The notes beneath the pieces are model-generated. The model was not told the DNA's origin. It was given only the letters and a program-made list of their open reading frames with translations, and did not search any database. A DNA stretch of 64,000 nucleotides, taken from Marsupella aquatica. Lineage: Eukaryota; Plantae; Marchantiophyta. Below, piece by piece: positions 25,341 through 39,925 of this stretch (its first letter is position 1; the number at the start of each line of letters is the position of its first letter). The position numbers and the translations under genes were made by a program. The DNA is taken from NCBI GenBank assembly GCA_973895155.1, contig OZ316891.1, positions 1,541,324-1,605,323 of the forward strand, written 5' to 3'.

Positions 25341-28300
25341 CTAGTATATACAGCATTGAGCGTTATCTTCAATCTACATTATATGGATGAAAAATGTAGA
25401 ATCTATAATCAAATTCTGTTCTCAAACCACCTAGTTATTGGAAAGGAACTGTAGATACCACCAAATTCTGTTCTTAGACCACCTAGTTACTGGTGACAAA
25501 CTCTAGGTAAAACCTACAAAAGTACCAAAAGCAAAAATAAACTTGCATATTCGTTTGAGTCGTCCAACATAGCTTGACTGCCTCCAACAGTGGAGTCAAA
25601 CCTGACAGTTGTTGTCTAGTCAACTTAGACAGAAACTCAGTCGAGCCGTTTAATACGTTTAATAAACTCATAGACGAGAATAGACGATTCAATTCGCTTA
25701 ATAAGGTCTGGATCATTTCAAGTCTTTTACTGACCTGGCTTGAGCAGTGGCATTTGCTTGGTTGCATCAAAGACAAAAGTTCCATTACAATGCCACCCAT
25801 GCTATATCTGCCACGTTACCAATTGGAATTGTCTTCCACACAATGGTGACAAGATCACGAAGCATCGCGCGCAGGACTACGCCCAGTATTCCCTACATCC
25901 TTTTCCGGAACTGTGGATAGAATCCGTGGCCTCGAAGGAACCTACGAGTCTCACGCCTTGGTTGCTTCTAGCTATAAACGCGTGAACTCGTGAGTCGATC
26001 ATGTCTGAATGAGACAATAATTAAGTTCATACTTGAAAGAAGAAATTACCCTAGCCTAGGAGAGATCATATCCGATCCGGAGTCTTCGAAGAATGGACAA
26101 TAAAATAATCTATTGTGGTATGATCGACGTCTTGCAACGGAGCTTCAAGCCATTGCATGTGGCCGTGGTTCCATTTGGCCTCGGGTGAATACTCTTGACT
26201 TTGTCCGGTTTTGTCCCCACTTAGGTTCAGACCTTGTATGGAAAGCATAATATTAAGTAGCAAGCACGGGCTTCTCTACGATGGTGCAATTGTAGCTTAT
26301 GGCTGTCGCAAAGGTCGATTGTCAAGAACCCTTGGAGGTCTGCTGTCAGTTAATCTGAAATCAATGCAGTTTAAACCATAGATTCGAAGGTTCTGTTCGT
26401 CTATTAACGTCATCTCAAGAATCGCTTCTACTTGTTGCTACTTGTAAAAATTCCAGACTGGCTTGGGGCTAATTGAGCTCCTGGCCTCCTTTTGATCGAT
26501 AGAGACACAATACTACGAGACTTCACTGTCTGAGTGTGCACAATTTTTCTGTCAGCTACAGATTATTTGGGGCAGCTCGAACATAAATTCTGAGAGAGCG
26601 AGCTACCACGACATGGCCCAATTCACTCATCTGCACGAACGGTACCCTGTTGTGTTTAATTAGTAATTAATGTTACCAGGGGTTTTAATTCTCAACAAAC
26701 AAGAGATGGAAGCTACGACGGCGATATTAAGACAAGTACGATACTTCGCAGGAAAGAACACAGAATTCACATGGCCTAGTTGCTGAATGGAGGAATGATC
26801 CCTTCAGATATTAGATAAAGTATGCATCAAATCAGCAAACTGATTATTTTGTGATGAACTCAGCATGCTTACAACCTTCTAAGCGTTTTAAGGATGATGC
26901 CGGGCTTCGGAACTGGAGAGTTCTTGCCTCAGTCTCCTCGTTAGTGAATTTGGTTACAGCTACCCTACGGTAGTGTTTGAAATTTCGAAGAGTTGTGGTT
27001 CGAAACCCACAGCAGGGGACAAAGTGGGGCTCATGGCAGGACACGCGTTACATAGACGATCAAAACGACTGTGTGAAAAGAAGAAACACAGGTCAAACCA
27101 CAGGTCTCAAAGTGGCCTATTATTGGCAGCTTTATTTAATTGGCGGCTTAAACCTGTTAAGATTCCCCCTCCCTGAAAAGTTTCCTTGGCTAAAATTTGT
27201 TATAATTTATTTTCCTTCCATTACTAGTTTTCCTAGCCGAAGGCCCGTTGGCCAGAACGGTACAGAATCTAACGGTGTTCAATGTAGTGAGATCTTAGGG
27301 TCGACTAAAAGTAGGTCATCAGTACTCCGAACATACTACCCTCTCTTTCACGGAAGAAGACAGTAGCCACTTTAGCTAAAAACAAAAAGACCTTTAAATT
27401 TGGGCTGCCTATTGTCACAAAAAATTGGGTTTAAACCGTTCCACTCTACAATAGACAGTGTCGTAATGCGAGCGTCATCCGGCTCACGTCATTTCATTTC
27501 TCACTTCCTGTCACGATACGGCCCAGCCAATAAGATTGGATAGATTATTACCGTCAACCAAGGCACTTTGCTTTTCGAGTGCCTGTCCTTCAGAGGACAA
27601 GTGTGACTGTCTGCGCTCGTTTGTGCCTGTCGAATAATAAGGCTCATAGGTACTAACTCTCGAAAGGCAGGTGTTCAAACATAGCGATCATTCCCAATCT
27701 CAAAAAAACCTGACATGCACAGGATGCGCTTTTCAACGCAGAGTAGATGCATTCGTAGGGCCCCCCATTCAGAAGCACAACGATCCCAATAAACTAAAAT
27801 GTAGGCAATGGAATTCAAATGGATGTTTAAGGGCAAACAAAAAAAAGGAAGGTCACCATCACGTACCAGAGTGAAGTCAAGACGAACCACAACATGGAAA
27901 TATAAAGGATAAGAAGGAAAGCATCCATTCCAAAAACTTCAGTCGTTCCAAAAACAAGAGAGGTAGTGCTTTCGTTGTTCGTTCTGATTGGATAGAAACT
28001 GGTTGCCTATCTTGTATGGTTTCAGTCAATGTCAAGTCCCCAGCTAGTCAAGTAGCTCTGGCGGTGTGGCAAGGCTATGGAATATTTGGAGGGAAGGCAA
28101 GGCCTTGAACTGTATGTTTCACGACCTTTTGGGGGATGTGCAACTTTTCCCAGCATGAATTGCGTGGCATAACTTCAGTGCAACCATCCACGTGGCAGGT
28201 ACCTGTACGATTACGTGCTTGGTAAGTTCCAGACTGACACCCATTCAGACTTTCCAGTGACAGGGGTCTCGTTGGTCTTTGTATGATTGCCTAGAACCTT

Positions 28301-29974
28301 CGAACAAGTGTTAACTATTGGCATCCCCCGTTTGGAAAAACCGTTTTAATTTAGTAACCAGCCCCCATTGTAAGAAATTTGTAAGTTTGTAATTTAATTA
28401 GCAGTTCTTCAAATCATTGAAAGAGCCTGGTCCCTGGACATGCCGTAAGTATTGTATCAGAGTGGGTATCAAAGTTGTGTGCATGTTGCCCAGGTCCTAG
28501 ACTATATGACCACCAATTTTACCCTCGACTTTACCTCAATCTTTACTAAGGATGTTGGACAGAACAAGGAGTGTGGCACTTATGACATTTCTCGTTTACT
28601 GCATTTTTTCTAAGTAATCCAAAGTCGGATGAAAATGATTGAATGTGCGTTCATCCACGACCGGACATTGACTGAAATGCATTGTTCCCCACATTGATAA
28701 CGCCAGGAAGTAACAAAAAGTCACCGCAAACAGTAAGCCGGACCCCAACCACTCAGTCCTCAGTTGACCATGCCTTAGCCTGAGTTACTATCAAATGTCT
28801 ATCATTCAAGTCTCATCTCATGATTCCTGTCATGAGCTTGAAAATGTAGTCTCTCACTAGTCCCAAGATTCTTGGATTGAGAAATCATATTCACACTTTC
28901 AGTACTAAGGAGATCATGATTTTTTTTAGTTTTGAGTTCATCTAGTCTTCCAATAGAAATTGGTATATATTATCTCTTAAGTACTTTTAATTAGGAGAGC
29001 ATAAATTTTCGAATTTCTGGAGTTTGTTAATAAGCCTAACATTGTCAGATTTTGTGAAGTAGTAGGGAGGTCATGAATTTCTTAAGACCATAAATACTAA
29101 GCAGTTTTGATTATTTTGTCTTACCCTGCTATTATTTTAGATCTTACTTTTAATTGGTTTTGTCTGCGTACAACTACTTGGTCTTCAGTCTGTATCATTT
29201 GTTTTCCTTGGAATGCCTTGTGCCAAACACAAATGACAGTCATCATGTAATTAGGTTTGTTTATCTTGTAAACATAAACATTTGTGTTTGTGATTAAAAA
29301 TGCTAATGGGGCAGCATGTGATGTGACTTAGAGTGCAGTTATAGAACTCTTTGCGTGTTCCCGTGTATCAAATATAATTAGTCTCATTGTAGGTGAATTA
29401 ATTATCTCCTGTTATCTATTACTTGTTTGTTGAATGGTCACATGTGAAAAAGTATATGAGTAGCATCTATGCTCAACACGGGGACTACAGCCCATATATA
29501 GCCCCTCCAGAACATGGTCAGCTGAGGGCAGGCAGGTCCTCCTGACTGCTTTGACTTGGGCTAAAAGTCTGGAGAGACTCAGTGTGTCTCAGGCCCCAAA
29601 AGTCATTATTTATCCCATTAATTGTTAATTAGTAAAATCTCAAACAGCATTGTGATAATTACGGTAACAAGCTTATATAATGCCATATTGCCAAGAATAA
29701 AAAGCACTCAACAGGGAGAGGGATCCCAAAGTGGAAAAGTGTTTCTCTCAAGTCAAAATTTCTCTCAAGTCAAAACTGTTCCTCTCAAGTCAAAAGAGTG
29801 CTTTTTTTTGGAGTGCGTGGCCTTAGTTTGAGTCTAAAAATGTCATCTGAAGGGGCCGAGGGAGTGTCCCCAAGGGTGCCCCTCTCCATGACCCTCCATG
29901 CAGCTTACTCAGGAGCTCCACCAGGTTTTTAAGTTTGTTGCTACCCTAGGGCTTTAGTTCGTTTGCATTAAGAC

Positions 29975-30375
29975 TCTCTAGCGTTTTGGCTCTTTCCCTG
30001 ATTTTTTCTTTGTTTTTCCTTCTTCATTGGGTTTCTGGCCATGAAACCAGGTCTGCAGTATTGAGCTCCAACACATAACTACAACAAATTGTACACATCT
30101 CAAGCGAGGATAGGCCTTGTAAAAATGCTCCCATGTGTTTACTTCCTCTGCACTTCACACTCTAGCGTTTTGGCTCTTTCCTGATGTTTTTTTTGTTTTA
30201 CCTTCTTCATTGGGATTCTTGCCTTGAAACCAGTTCTCCAGCATTGAGCTTATATATATATTGGTGTTTTCTTTGTTTTACCTTCTTCATTGGGTTTCTT
30301 GCCTTGAAACCAGTTCTCCAGTATTGAGCTTATATATAACCACGAAAAATTGTCACATCTCAAGCAGGGATAGAC
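29975..30375. repeat. Locally triplicated segment, probably a TE remnant
   Basis: ccttcttcattggg.ttct.gcc.tgaaaccag...cag.attgagct occurs three times; ctctagcgttttggctctttcc occurs twice. Confidence 0.75.
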
Positions 30376-32205
30376 CTTTAGGTTTGTCAAAAGGCTCCCA
30401 CATTTTACTCACATAAGAAATCTTGTTAGGGGGGGCTTTACAAGACGGTTGGGGCCGTTCAATGTCTCCCCATCCAAAGCAAAGCTCCCCATCCAAAAGC
30501 ACAGCTGATGGCCATTTCCTTACAAAAAAGTTAAAATACCTGAGCCAAAATTTGTTGGAAGTATTCAATGCAATTCCCTGTTCGCTCCTGTGTTTTTTAG
30601 ACAAAATTTTGGACATATAAGCATGCACACATCCCAAAGGAAAAGGGACCCACAAGGGGCCCAATGACAAATATCTAGGTTAATGGATTTGCTTGATTGT
30701 GTCCCCAAGTTCATGTCAAGTGAATTCATGTAAAGCAAAGTGTGGTCTGTTCCCACATATGAATGACTTAGATTGCATCTCACACTTGGAAAGAAAGAAA
30801 AAAAATAGTGCCCCCAAGTTTTTGTAAAGTCGTACTTATTTATTATAACGGTGTCCAAGGGTGAAAATGTGCCCAAGGGTGAAAATGCCTAAACAGAGAT
30901 ACATGATCCCAAAGACAAAGCAACCCTTTGAGACATGATTCCAAAGGTAACCCAACCCAATGAAGTGACGGAAAAGAGTCCATCCACATCGCGTGTGTCT
31001 AGGGTCCATGGCCTTGGTTTCTGATTCACAACTTCCAGGAAGTGCCCAGTGACATATCTACCCGTCTACCCGGTCACTGCAGCCACTGCAGTAGTACACC
31101 TCCTTGGAGCCTTTGGACTGACCCGATCACATTGTCTAGCGCAAGGGTCAAGATCTACTGCACTATGCTCAGCAGCGACCTTTTCTGAAGATGGGCGAGT
31201 CAGAGACCTGGGAATATTTTATCGCTATGGAGAACTCATTCTTGAGCCAGAAAGTTCGCGAGACTCTTCGTCATCGGGTGACATCCAGGACTGTGCCCTT
31301 TGTTTGGGTGGCAGGATGAAAACATGAGGGTGGGCTGCCTCTGTGATCGTTTAGCGGTGGAGGTTCCATCTGTATCATCCGGAGTATATTTATCAAGCAG
31401 CCTCACCGCAATCGAGGGTTCTACTTGCTCCATGCCCACGTTCCCCAAACACTGCAACCGCAAATTGCTCAGGAATGTGGACTAGGGCTTGACTTCTCAG
31501 TTCTCACAGATGTTGCAAAACAGTCACAATGCAACTACTCACAGACGAAATGAAACTTGAGGTACAACTCTCGTCCCTTCTTTGCCCCGTGCTCAAATTC
31601 TCCTGTGTCATTCCGAATGCATAGAAGCTGGCTTCGGGAACACTCGTCAGTGACCTCATATAGCTTCTCGCGTACTTCACGACACTTACGAATACGTCGG
31701 AATCAAAGTTATAGCGTAGAGGGTCATTTGGCTAGAAGAATGTACACGAGACGTTTTTTATTTACTGAAATGTCTCGGCGAAGTGCACGAACTAAGTGAC
31801 CACATGCACAGATTATGACCATCGATCTTTGATTTGTGGCATGCAAGCTAGATTTGGAGTTCAATGCACTTGTTTGGTGGGCTGTATATGTACTATAATA
31901 CAAAAGAAAACTGATGTCGAAGATTTATGCATGTTGGCGGGGTGGTGATTTCAGGTACTCTTTCCAATGTTGAAGCTGTGACCTAAAAGCTTCACAGCGG
32001 TTACCGTCATTGTGTCTGCAAACGATGTTTCCGGCACACGGTAAGAAACTTACAGAAGCTATCCTACTCGTTGATCTCGATCAGTGTTTTTTGTTTGATG
32101 CTGCCCTTAGCAGTCCAGTTTCGAGACTGTAAGTTGACGATAGTTGTATAGTTGTGCTGATTCTTCGGATGGCCCAGCCTAGACTACCCTTCAACACTAC
32201 TACCA

Positions 32206-32683
32206 ACGTGGCGTTGATGAATGATATTGTATAGCTCATGTTACCACACCCAAATGGATTAAATTAAAACGGTGGAAATCTACGCACTGTCATGCTATTG
32301 TCTCGTTCCATAGAGATACTGTTGTAGATGATAGCGATACAGCTAGTACACGTGAATGACATGTCCGGCTTTCACTACTTGACATCGGCTTGAAAGTTAG
32401 CCCGAGGAGAAATTGGAGAAACGGAAACCTCTACATCATCACAAATTAAGTAGAAGCCAGGTTGGATATTTGGTACCAAACGTTTACAGCAGTCCTTCGA
32501 CATCACAAAGCGACTTCATTGCTTCCAAGACTTATTCGAGTGACATTGTCAATCTTCAGGAACAAACGCAATCTGCAAATAGATTTACGGATTATCTTCA
32601 GTAACCAGCGAAGGTTGTACAGTTTTTCGCCTCGTAAAAAGCAAAAGATATTTCAACGTTTGACAAGACTCTAGATATATAAG
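32206..32683 (+). promoter_or_regulatory. Putative NAC gene proximal promoter with ABRE, G-box and TATA
   Basis: ACGTGGC at 32206, CACGTG at 32349, and TATATAAG at 32676, about 145 bp upstream of the ATG. Consistent with ABA/stress-inducible ATAF-type NAC genes. Confidence 0.45.
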
Positions 32684-32821
32684 ATCGAGACTTCTGGGTT
32701 AGGTGGTGGTGTTTCCATCCGCGGTGTTCATCATCTCCAACTCATCCGACTTCTTACAACCTCGCAGCAATCACCGCTTCGCCTGATCGAAGCTGGTCAT
32801 TTACAGGACGTTACCCCTTTG

Positions 32822-35117
32822 ATGACAACTGAGGGATCGACAGCAGACATGGCACTGCAGACTGCGAGGAAAGAAGTATCGCAGCTTGAACTGCCCAAAG
32901 GGTTTCGCTTCCATCCCACAGATGAAGAATTGGTCATGTACTACTTGTGCCCCAAGGCGGAATCCCAACCTTTCTCAATTCAGATCATTGCGGACGTGAA
33001 TATCTACAAGTTCGACCCATGGAACCTACCTGGTATGTGAGCTCTTTATTAATTAGATATGAACTTCAGACAGGTCTAGAATGTGTCTGTATATCCTGTT
33101 TGCATCGGCTCCACACTTATCATGTGAAGCCACCATAGCTAGACCTGACGTTCAGAGCTTATGTGACTCGCATTTGAAACCAGTACAATGGCAAATCACA
33201 GAATGGAAAGGGCGATCGAGAGCCGGTAGAGAATAAGACTCAGGCATCCACCTGAAGCTTAGATCGAATGCATAATACTTATGCTGGGCTGTGTGGAGCT
33301 AAGCGAGACATACGGTTGCAATCAGGTCCGGGGTCGAAGATATCGATAAGGTAGAAGGATGGTGACAAAATTGTGGTTAATTAGCTAGAAGAAATGTTTT
33401 GCGTTCCAAAACTTCGCTAGCTATTTTTATGGAGTCCGTACTGATACAAATATCTCCTGAAGGTCTGATTTAAAGTGAGCTCCGAAATACAATAACCCAT
33501 GTCATTCCTAAATTAGGAAGTCAAGTTTAAACGGTCTAAATTAGGTTGCTGAAAACATGACAAGGCGGTTATTCATCTGAGAGCGTATTGTCCCAATGAC
33601 CTAAGCAATTGGTAAACGAAGGCCTAGAAAGCTATCATGACTTATTGACGTCTTAATTAGATTGTTCTCCAAATGTTTTTCAGATTAATTTCAAGAACAG
33701 GCTGCGATGTGTAATATATTTACTGGAAGGTTCAGCCTCGCAGTAAAGGTTGGAGACTTCTAGCGTAGGGGTGTAGTACCAGGGGCCAAAAACCTAATCT
33801 GTGTGTTCAAAGACCATCAATATATATACCAAGAGAGCTGTGAAGTCGGACGCATCAAGCTTTTGAGCTTGGAAGTTTTAATCTCGAAGCAGAAGTCATG
33901 CATCTAGGGGACTGGTTGCGTTGGGAGTTTCATTTTTTTCGTCAAAAATCATGGTGCATCCTGTCAGCCCTGAGTCGGGGTTTCCGGATAGACCACCTTA
34001 TGAAGCGTGCAGGTGTCTTGTTTAGAGAGCTTCACGCTGTCCGATCCAATATGACCTTCAATTGCCCCCAGAGAGTCTTACGTACTGTCGCAATTGGCGG
34101 GCGCTGTGCAGAAAGGGCGGTTCACGGGGAGAATGAGTGGTATTTTTTCAGCCCTCGGGACCGGAAGTATCCCAATGGGTTGCGGCCAAACAGATCAGCA
34201 GGGTCGGGGTACTGGAAGGCGACAGGTACGGATAAGCACATCAGCTGTGCCATCGATGCTGTCGACGGTTCGCACCAGAAGATAAAGAAGCTGGGCGTTA
34301 AAAAGGCGTTGGTGTTCTACAAGGGCCGAGCTCCCAATGGTACAAAGACCAACTGGATCATGCACGAGTACCGTCTGGCCGACAGCGCCCGCACGGCCTC
34401 AGCCAAGGCATTGGGCCCTCACTCCCGTCGAGTCCACCGGAAAGCCTCTCTCAGGGTACGTCTACTCTAGGTTTAGATAGCTATCTAGTCCTTGATTGGA
34501 ATCTTTAATGTCCATGACATGGTGCTTCAGATGTTAGTCTGCTGTTTTGAAGTGTTCTTAAGATTTCTCTGACACCTTTGGTTTCAAATGAATGCATTAA
34601 TCTTTAATACCTGGCTAGAAGATTCAATTGAGTTGTGTTGATGGCATTACCTTGTACGATAGATCGGGACAGAATTGGCTTTCTGGGGGCAAAGAGCGGT
34701 GAAACAAAAATGCCACGAAGAATCCAATTTTTGAGTGGCTGATTCAATCTGGTGTCTTATGTGTTGGTGAGCTAATCTATCTCCAATCTTTGGTGTGGGT
34801 TCGTGCAGCTGGACGACTGGGTTCTGTGCAGAATATACAAGAAGAAAAGCACAACAGGTAGTCCAACTAGTAACGGAAACGCAGAAGAGTCTGATGAGAG
34901 GGAGGATTCTATTCCTGAAGAAAACAATGTGGACTCGTCGTACATGGTGGAGGACTTTCTTGCATCTTTGCCAGAAATCGAAGGCTCCAAGGTTAATCAG
35001 CTTCAATTTCTTCCAAAGCTAGAGGAGACCAGCTTGAGTTCACTCATCGACTACGACCTGCAGAGCACGGAATCAGCAGTCACAGATCACTCTCCAACTG
35101 ATGATCTCGAAGACTGA
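32822..35117 (+). CDS. NAC domain transcription factor (ATAF/SNAC-like), 3 exons
   Basis: Exons 32822-33032 ([19 protein letters not shown]...DPWNLP), 34112-34455 ([51 protein letters not shown]) and 34809-35117 ([12 protein letters not shown] plus acidic tail). An alternative ATG lies at 32849. Confidence 0.96.
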
Positions 35118-36477
35118 AGTTAGTTGAGATAAGCTTAGTCTACATTGATAATGACATATAGTTGAGATCCTGCACGTACAAGTCCTTGCAACGAAGACAA
35201 TCGTTTGACATAATTTGGTAGTTGGGAAAATCTACGGAATACGTCCATACTTCGATTTTAGCTGTTCAATTTGATTAGTTTCCATTAAGGGCCATCATTT
35301 TACTTGAAGTTCAACTAGATTCGCCCATTCTCATATTGAGGAAGGCATACAGAATCTGGTCCTGTTGACGTGGATCAGAACTGACCGGCCGATAGGTTCA
35401 TTAGGATTCTCTAGGTTGAAATGCACATTCACCCTGTATACAACAGCAGAGCTCATACGTGGATCACTTAGAGATGACTTTAGAGTTAGTGTTTAGAGAA
35501 TCAGCAACAAAGTAGTCTAGCGTGCTGTAATTAATTATGCAAGGTCAAATTGCGCGCTGAGCCTTATGCCATGGCATGTGGGTCTTGGCCTCGGGTGAAG
35601 TACTTGCCAATGTACTCTTGACTATAATGTCAAGTTTTGTCCCCAGGTCACTTCTTTTTGCTCAGCTGCAGGCCTTCGTTGAACACAAACTAGGGGTATA
35701 GATCATGCAAGCACAAGCTTCCGTAGGACCTCTTTACTGGAGGTCAAGGTGTCCGGCAAAGCTCCATTGTAAATAGCCGAACATATACGGCGTAAGGTCT
35801 TTGGGCAATGTTACCAAATCAATGCATTATGTACAATAGAAGGCTTTTCTGGCCTAATGTTACCCTAAAGATTTGGTGTGAGCAGTTCCCTTCAACAAGA
35901 GACGAATGTTTTGCCTACTACTTACGGAAATCTGAAAGTATATATTTGTGCTTAAACTAGTCTTTTAACTTAAAGTTTACTTTCAGTTTAGCACGTTGGT
36001 GCTGTTAGCTTTAAATTTCATCTGTACGTTTCCTCTGAGTTTCTGTACTGTTTTCAATTCTGTTTCTGTTCCTTCAACTAAAATTAAAAGCTGACATATA
36101 TTTACTTGCAAATATGAGCCATTTGTTTAGCGGTTCAACTTGTTCTGCCTTCCTAGACGCTCAGATCTTGCAGTTTTAGTTTGCTTCAGGTTCTTCATGT
36201 CAAGCTGCCTGGAAAACACAAATGTCAAACAGCTTGACATTGTGCAATGGAAGTAACTCTCCAGGCCTTAAACCAGATATTGAAGAAGTGTCTTATAAAC
36301 TAAGAATGAATTTAACAGACCTCAAATGATGAGAATATCCTGAAACTTCTACCAGGCTGGTGTGGGGGAAAAATAACGGTTATTCCACGCAAACAGAACT
36401 GATACTCCGTCCTAGATTACATCAAATACTCACAAATAATGGGCAGGAGACGATTTGGTCTTAAACCACAAGTAGTA

Positions 36478-36504
36478 CTAGAAGTACTCCGGGTGACCCG
36501 GAGT
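36478..36504 (-). mobile_element. Helitron-like 3' terminus
   Basis: The minus strand reads ACTCCGGG-TCA-CCCGGAGT (perfect 8-bp stem), then ACTT-CTAG|T. Confidence 0.55.
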
Positions 36505-39500
36505 TCACAAACACGACATTTGCATTTGCGGACGGGCGCCCATCGCCAGCCCTTCGATCAAAGCTCCCAGAAATCTCATTTGTTCACCAAATGACCCGAT
36601 CCACGGCTCAAATTGAAGATCTCTTCAAGATCTACATATACCAAAAAACCAGGATTAAAAATGATGAAAGATAAGAAAGAAAATTGTGAAAAATGATTGC
36701 AGTGTTCTGATTGGCTGAGCCACGAATTCAAATTTGAAAATTTTCGTGCAGGTCGGGCAGGGGATATCTGGCCTGGGGACAATGCCTGTGACAGGGCTCC
36801 TTCGTGGGTTCGGCCAGGCGCTCATATGATCAGGCAGCACAAGCCTTTGTTGTGTTGGACAGGCGGCCAAAGAGGGCCCCGGCCCTGCCCTGTCCTTTAT
36901 ACCCCAACTTGTGGTTTAATTCCCCAAAAACCTCGTACTCTGGGTCCAGGACGGGCCGCAGTAGGCAACTAAACAATCAGAGTATGATGAACTTGTAATG
37001 TGCCCAACCCGAGGCGAATTGGTGATAGCTTTTACACGTAGACTGGTAGCATTCTTGTGCAAACAGCGCCCTTAATTGTCTTTTTCACTACGCAGCTCAA
37101 GTGAGCAAAGCCTGTGTTGGTTCAGCTCAAATTAGAAAATTTTTTCTGGCACAAGAGCATGCCATGTCAGCACAGACGTAATGAAACAGGACTGGACATG
37201 TTTGTGAGAAAAAACTAACCGCCCCCAGTCGTGTTTGAGTCGGTTTTGCTGTAACATTTAATGTGTCGTGCTGTCAAAACTAAGAGTAAAAGCACTAATA
37301 AAAGTAACATAAATACAAAGGATGAGATGGATCTTCTCTTAAACATAACCATTTTTTTTAACATTTGTATTTTCGTCATATTAAAAGTAATCATTTATAA
37401 ATTGTGTTTTCATTTTTTATTGAATTTTATTAAATGGATATATCAATGTTTGAGAAAGTGAAGTTAAATAACTACCCAACACTCAATTCAGTGGTGGAAA
37501 ACCTTAGGTACATGCTGAAGGATATTATGTCGGGACCTGTTGCTGAAACAAAAAATAAAATAAAACGGTTGCCAAAATAGTAACCAACTCCGAATTTTGA
37601 TGTTCTCAAGGTTGAACTTTATTTCTTCCCCTGCTTTGATTCTTTCAGATAGCGCATGTGTTTGTCCGGTGTATATTCTCACCAACGCACGTCCTTCGAC
37701 TTGTTATATTGGAGAGTAAATTTTTGGATAGTAAATTTTTGGATAAACTCACTTGAGTGACTACATTGCTTGCGCTTGAATGATTTTATTGAATTCATGA
37801 CCACTTCCGCCTCCTCTCCCAATTCTCCAACACCCATTTGCAAATGTCCATTCTGAACGGTTAACTTTCTAACCATATCAAGGCAGTTTAGTTCTCTAAC
37901 AGTGAGCATCACTATTTTAACATGTGATTTGATTGTCCGGGAAGCTTTCTCAGGGCGGGACGTGGTATTGCAGTATGGCTGGCATTTCCTCCCGGGTGAG
38001 AAGAGAGACTGAACTAATGGACAACGTCAGCAGCTACATTGTCATTTTGAGTTATCTATCGCTCAATCTTTGTGTACGGAAGGAAGGGAGGTTGCGGAGT
38101 GGTCAGATTTTCAGAGCGAAGGAGCTGAAGAGAGGGAGAGCATTGCAGCATTGTGTTCTTAATTGTTAGGGCAACTCTTTTGAGACTCCTGAAAAGCAGA
38201 GGCTGTGGAGCAGTCAATGTGGACAGTATTACTGAGATAGGGGTTTAGCCACAGGAAACACACTGTCAACCGTGGAGAGGGGAAGGGCCCTTGCAGGTGA
38301 TGATGTTCACAATAATTTCAAAGATGATTGAATGAACTGGTATGTCTCTCCAGCTTTTCTCGATCTACAACTAATCCAGTAGCAATAACAGAAGCGGCAG
38401 TAATCAAAGGGTGATTTAATTAATTAATGCAGGAATTGTTATGAACAGCCTTCCCCGAGATCAATTTAGTGTTCGTCACACAAATGGACAGTATGATAGT
38501 GGATGATCACATTGAGAGAGCAAAATGGCAGGCTGGTGAGTCGCAGAAAAGTAACCTTGTTGACAGTTATTGTTTTGGTAATTCAATCCCCCAGAGTATT
38601 ATAAAGCTTCTTTGAAATCTGTAGTTCTTGTCCTCTGGTCATGGGCAATTGTTGAATTTCTGTAGCCAAGGGGTGGACATGAAGGTCGTGGACACACCTC
38701 AGGACATGGCATTCGATACCCAACCTCTGAGCCCAAGATAGATTTGGTCGCGTTTTGCAAATTGAACCGGAGAAAAGTGCACATGTCATTCCCTTGAAAC
38801 TTTCAACCAAAGTAATGAAATGGTTATAGAGCTTTACAAGGAACCATTCCAATGTCGACAATAACAAATCAGACTACCTCTACACCCGCTGAAGTGTTGA
38901 TTCCAATAAGCCGTCCGAATCATGATCCTGGTGGCAAAACCAAGATATTGACCTAGACCTTGGACTAATTAACGTACATAAGAATATTTCCGTGGTCGAG
39001 AATGTTGCTTAGATCATTTAATTCCTAGAATAATTTTTGTGACAGGATACTCTGTCTTCTAGTGTGATCAACTGCTATCTGTTGTTGAGTTCTCCAGTTA
39101 CATATTACTCATGTAATATGCCATGGGTGTAAGTAGTTGAACTCACCACGTGTCATTGTTTGTTATGTTCTCGGCTTTCCGTTGAAAGGGATTCACGTCT
39201 CTTGTGTCTGAAATGTCTCTTTGGTCTGTGGGGATGTGAGATATTAAGATATATCTCTCCCTCTCTCTACGGCATTCTAGAGGAGAACATTTCTCAGTTT
39301 GTCTGTCCTTTCTCTTAGAGTAGAAGGTGGAAAATAAAGATCTGTACACATTTTATTTGTCAATCCATTGATGTGTGTTCAAGTTTGTTTTCCGTTTGTT
39401 CGTTCTATTCAGATAGTTTACAATTTTAGATAGCCACCCATTCCTTGGATCATCAAGGGTCTGATCCACAGACTAATTTCTAATCATAAATTTATTTTTT

Positions 39501-39925
39501 GAGACTTGTATGTAATTTTTTTTTTAACAAAACATCAAAATAACTCATACCCCATCATTTCACACATTCTGTTATCATAGGCTGTACTAGTTAGAGAAAA
39601 ATGTGACAAGACCACTAAATTAGAAATGTTGTGAAGACCCTTAGGCCAAGATATGTCTGACTTATCAATAAATATATCACCACTATGTACACTCAAGCAA
39701 GCTTCTCTTGATGAGTCCTTTTGAACATGTTGGCGAGCATGTTGGTTGTTGGTTTCCAAAAGAGACAATGAAGTCTGTATGTCTTGTGAGGGTTAAGGAG
39801 TTTACCCATAAGCTTAATGCAAGAGAATTTGTTAAAATCTTTGTAGGGTATTAGAGTTGTGTTCACCATGAAACAAAACAACTTTTGTTAATCTGTGTAG
39901 ATTTCTAAAGTTGTTTTATGAATAA

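Noticed and set aside
31049-31800. Coding-like composition upstream of the NAC gene
   Set aside because: Frames are short and stop-ridden on both strands, with no recognisable motif.
39080-39411. Possible solo LTR (TG...CA)
   Set aside because: The flanks (ctatc / gatag) are inverted rather than a direct TSD, so the boundaries are unsupported.
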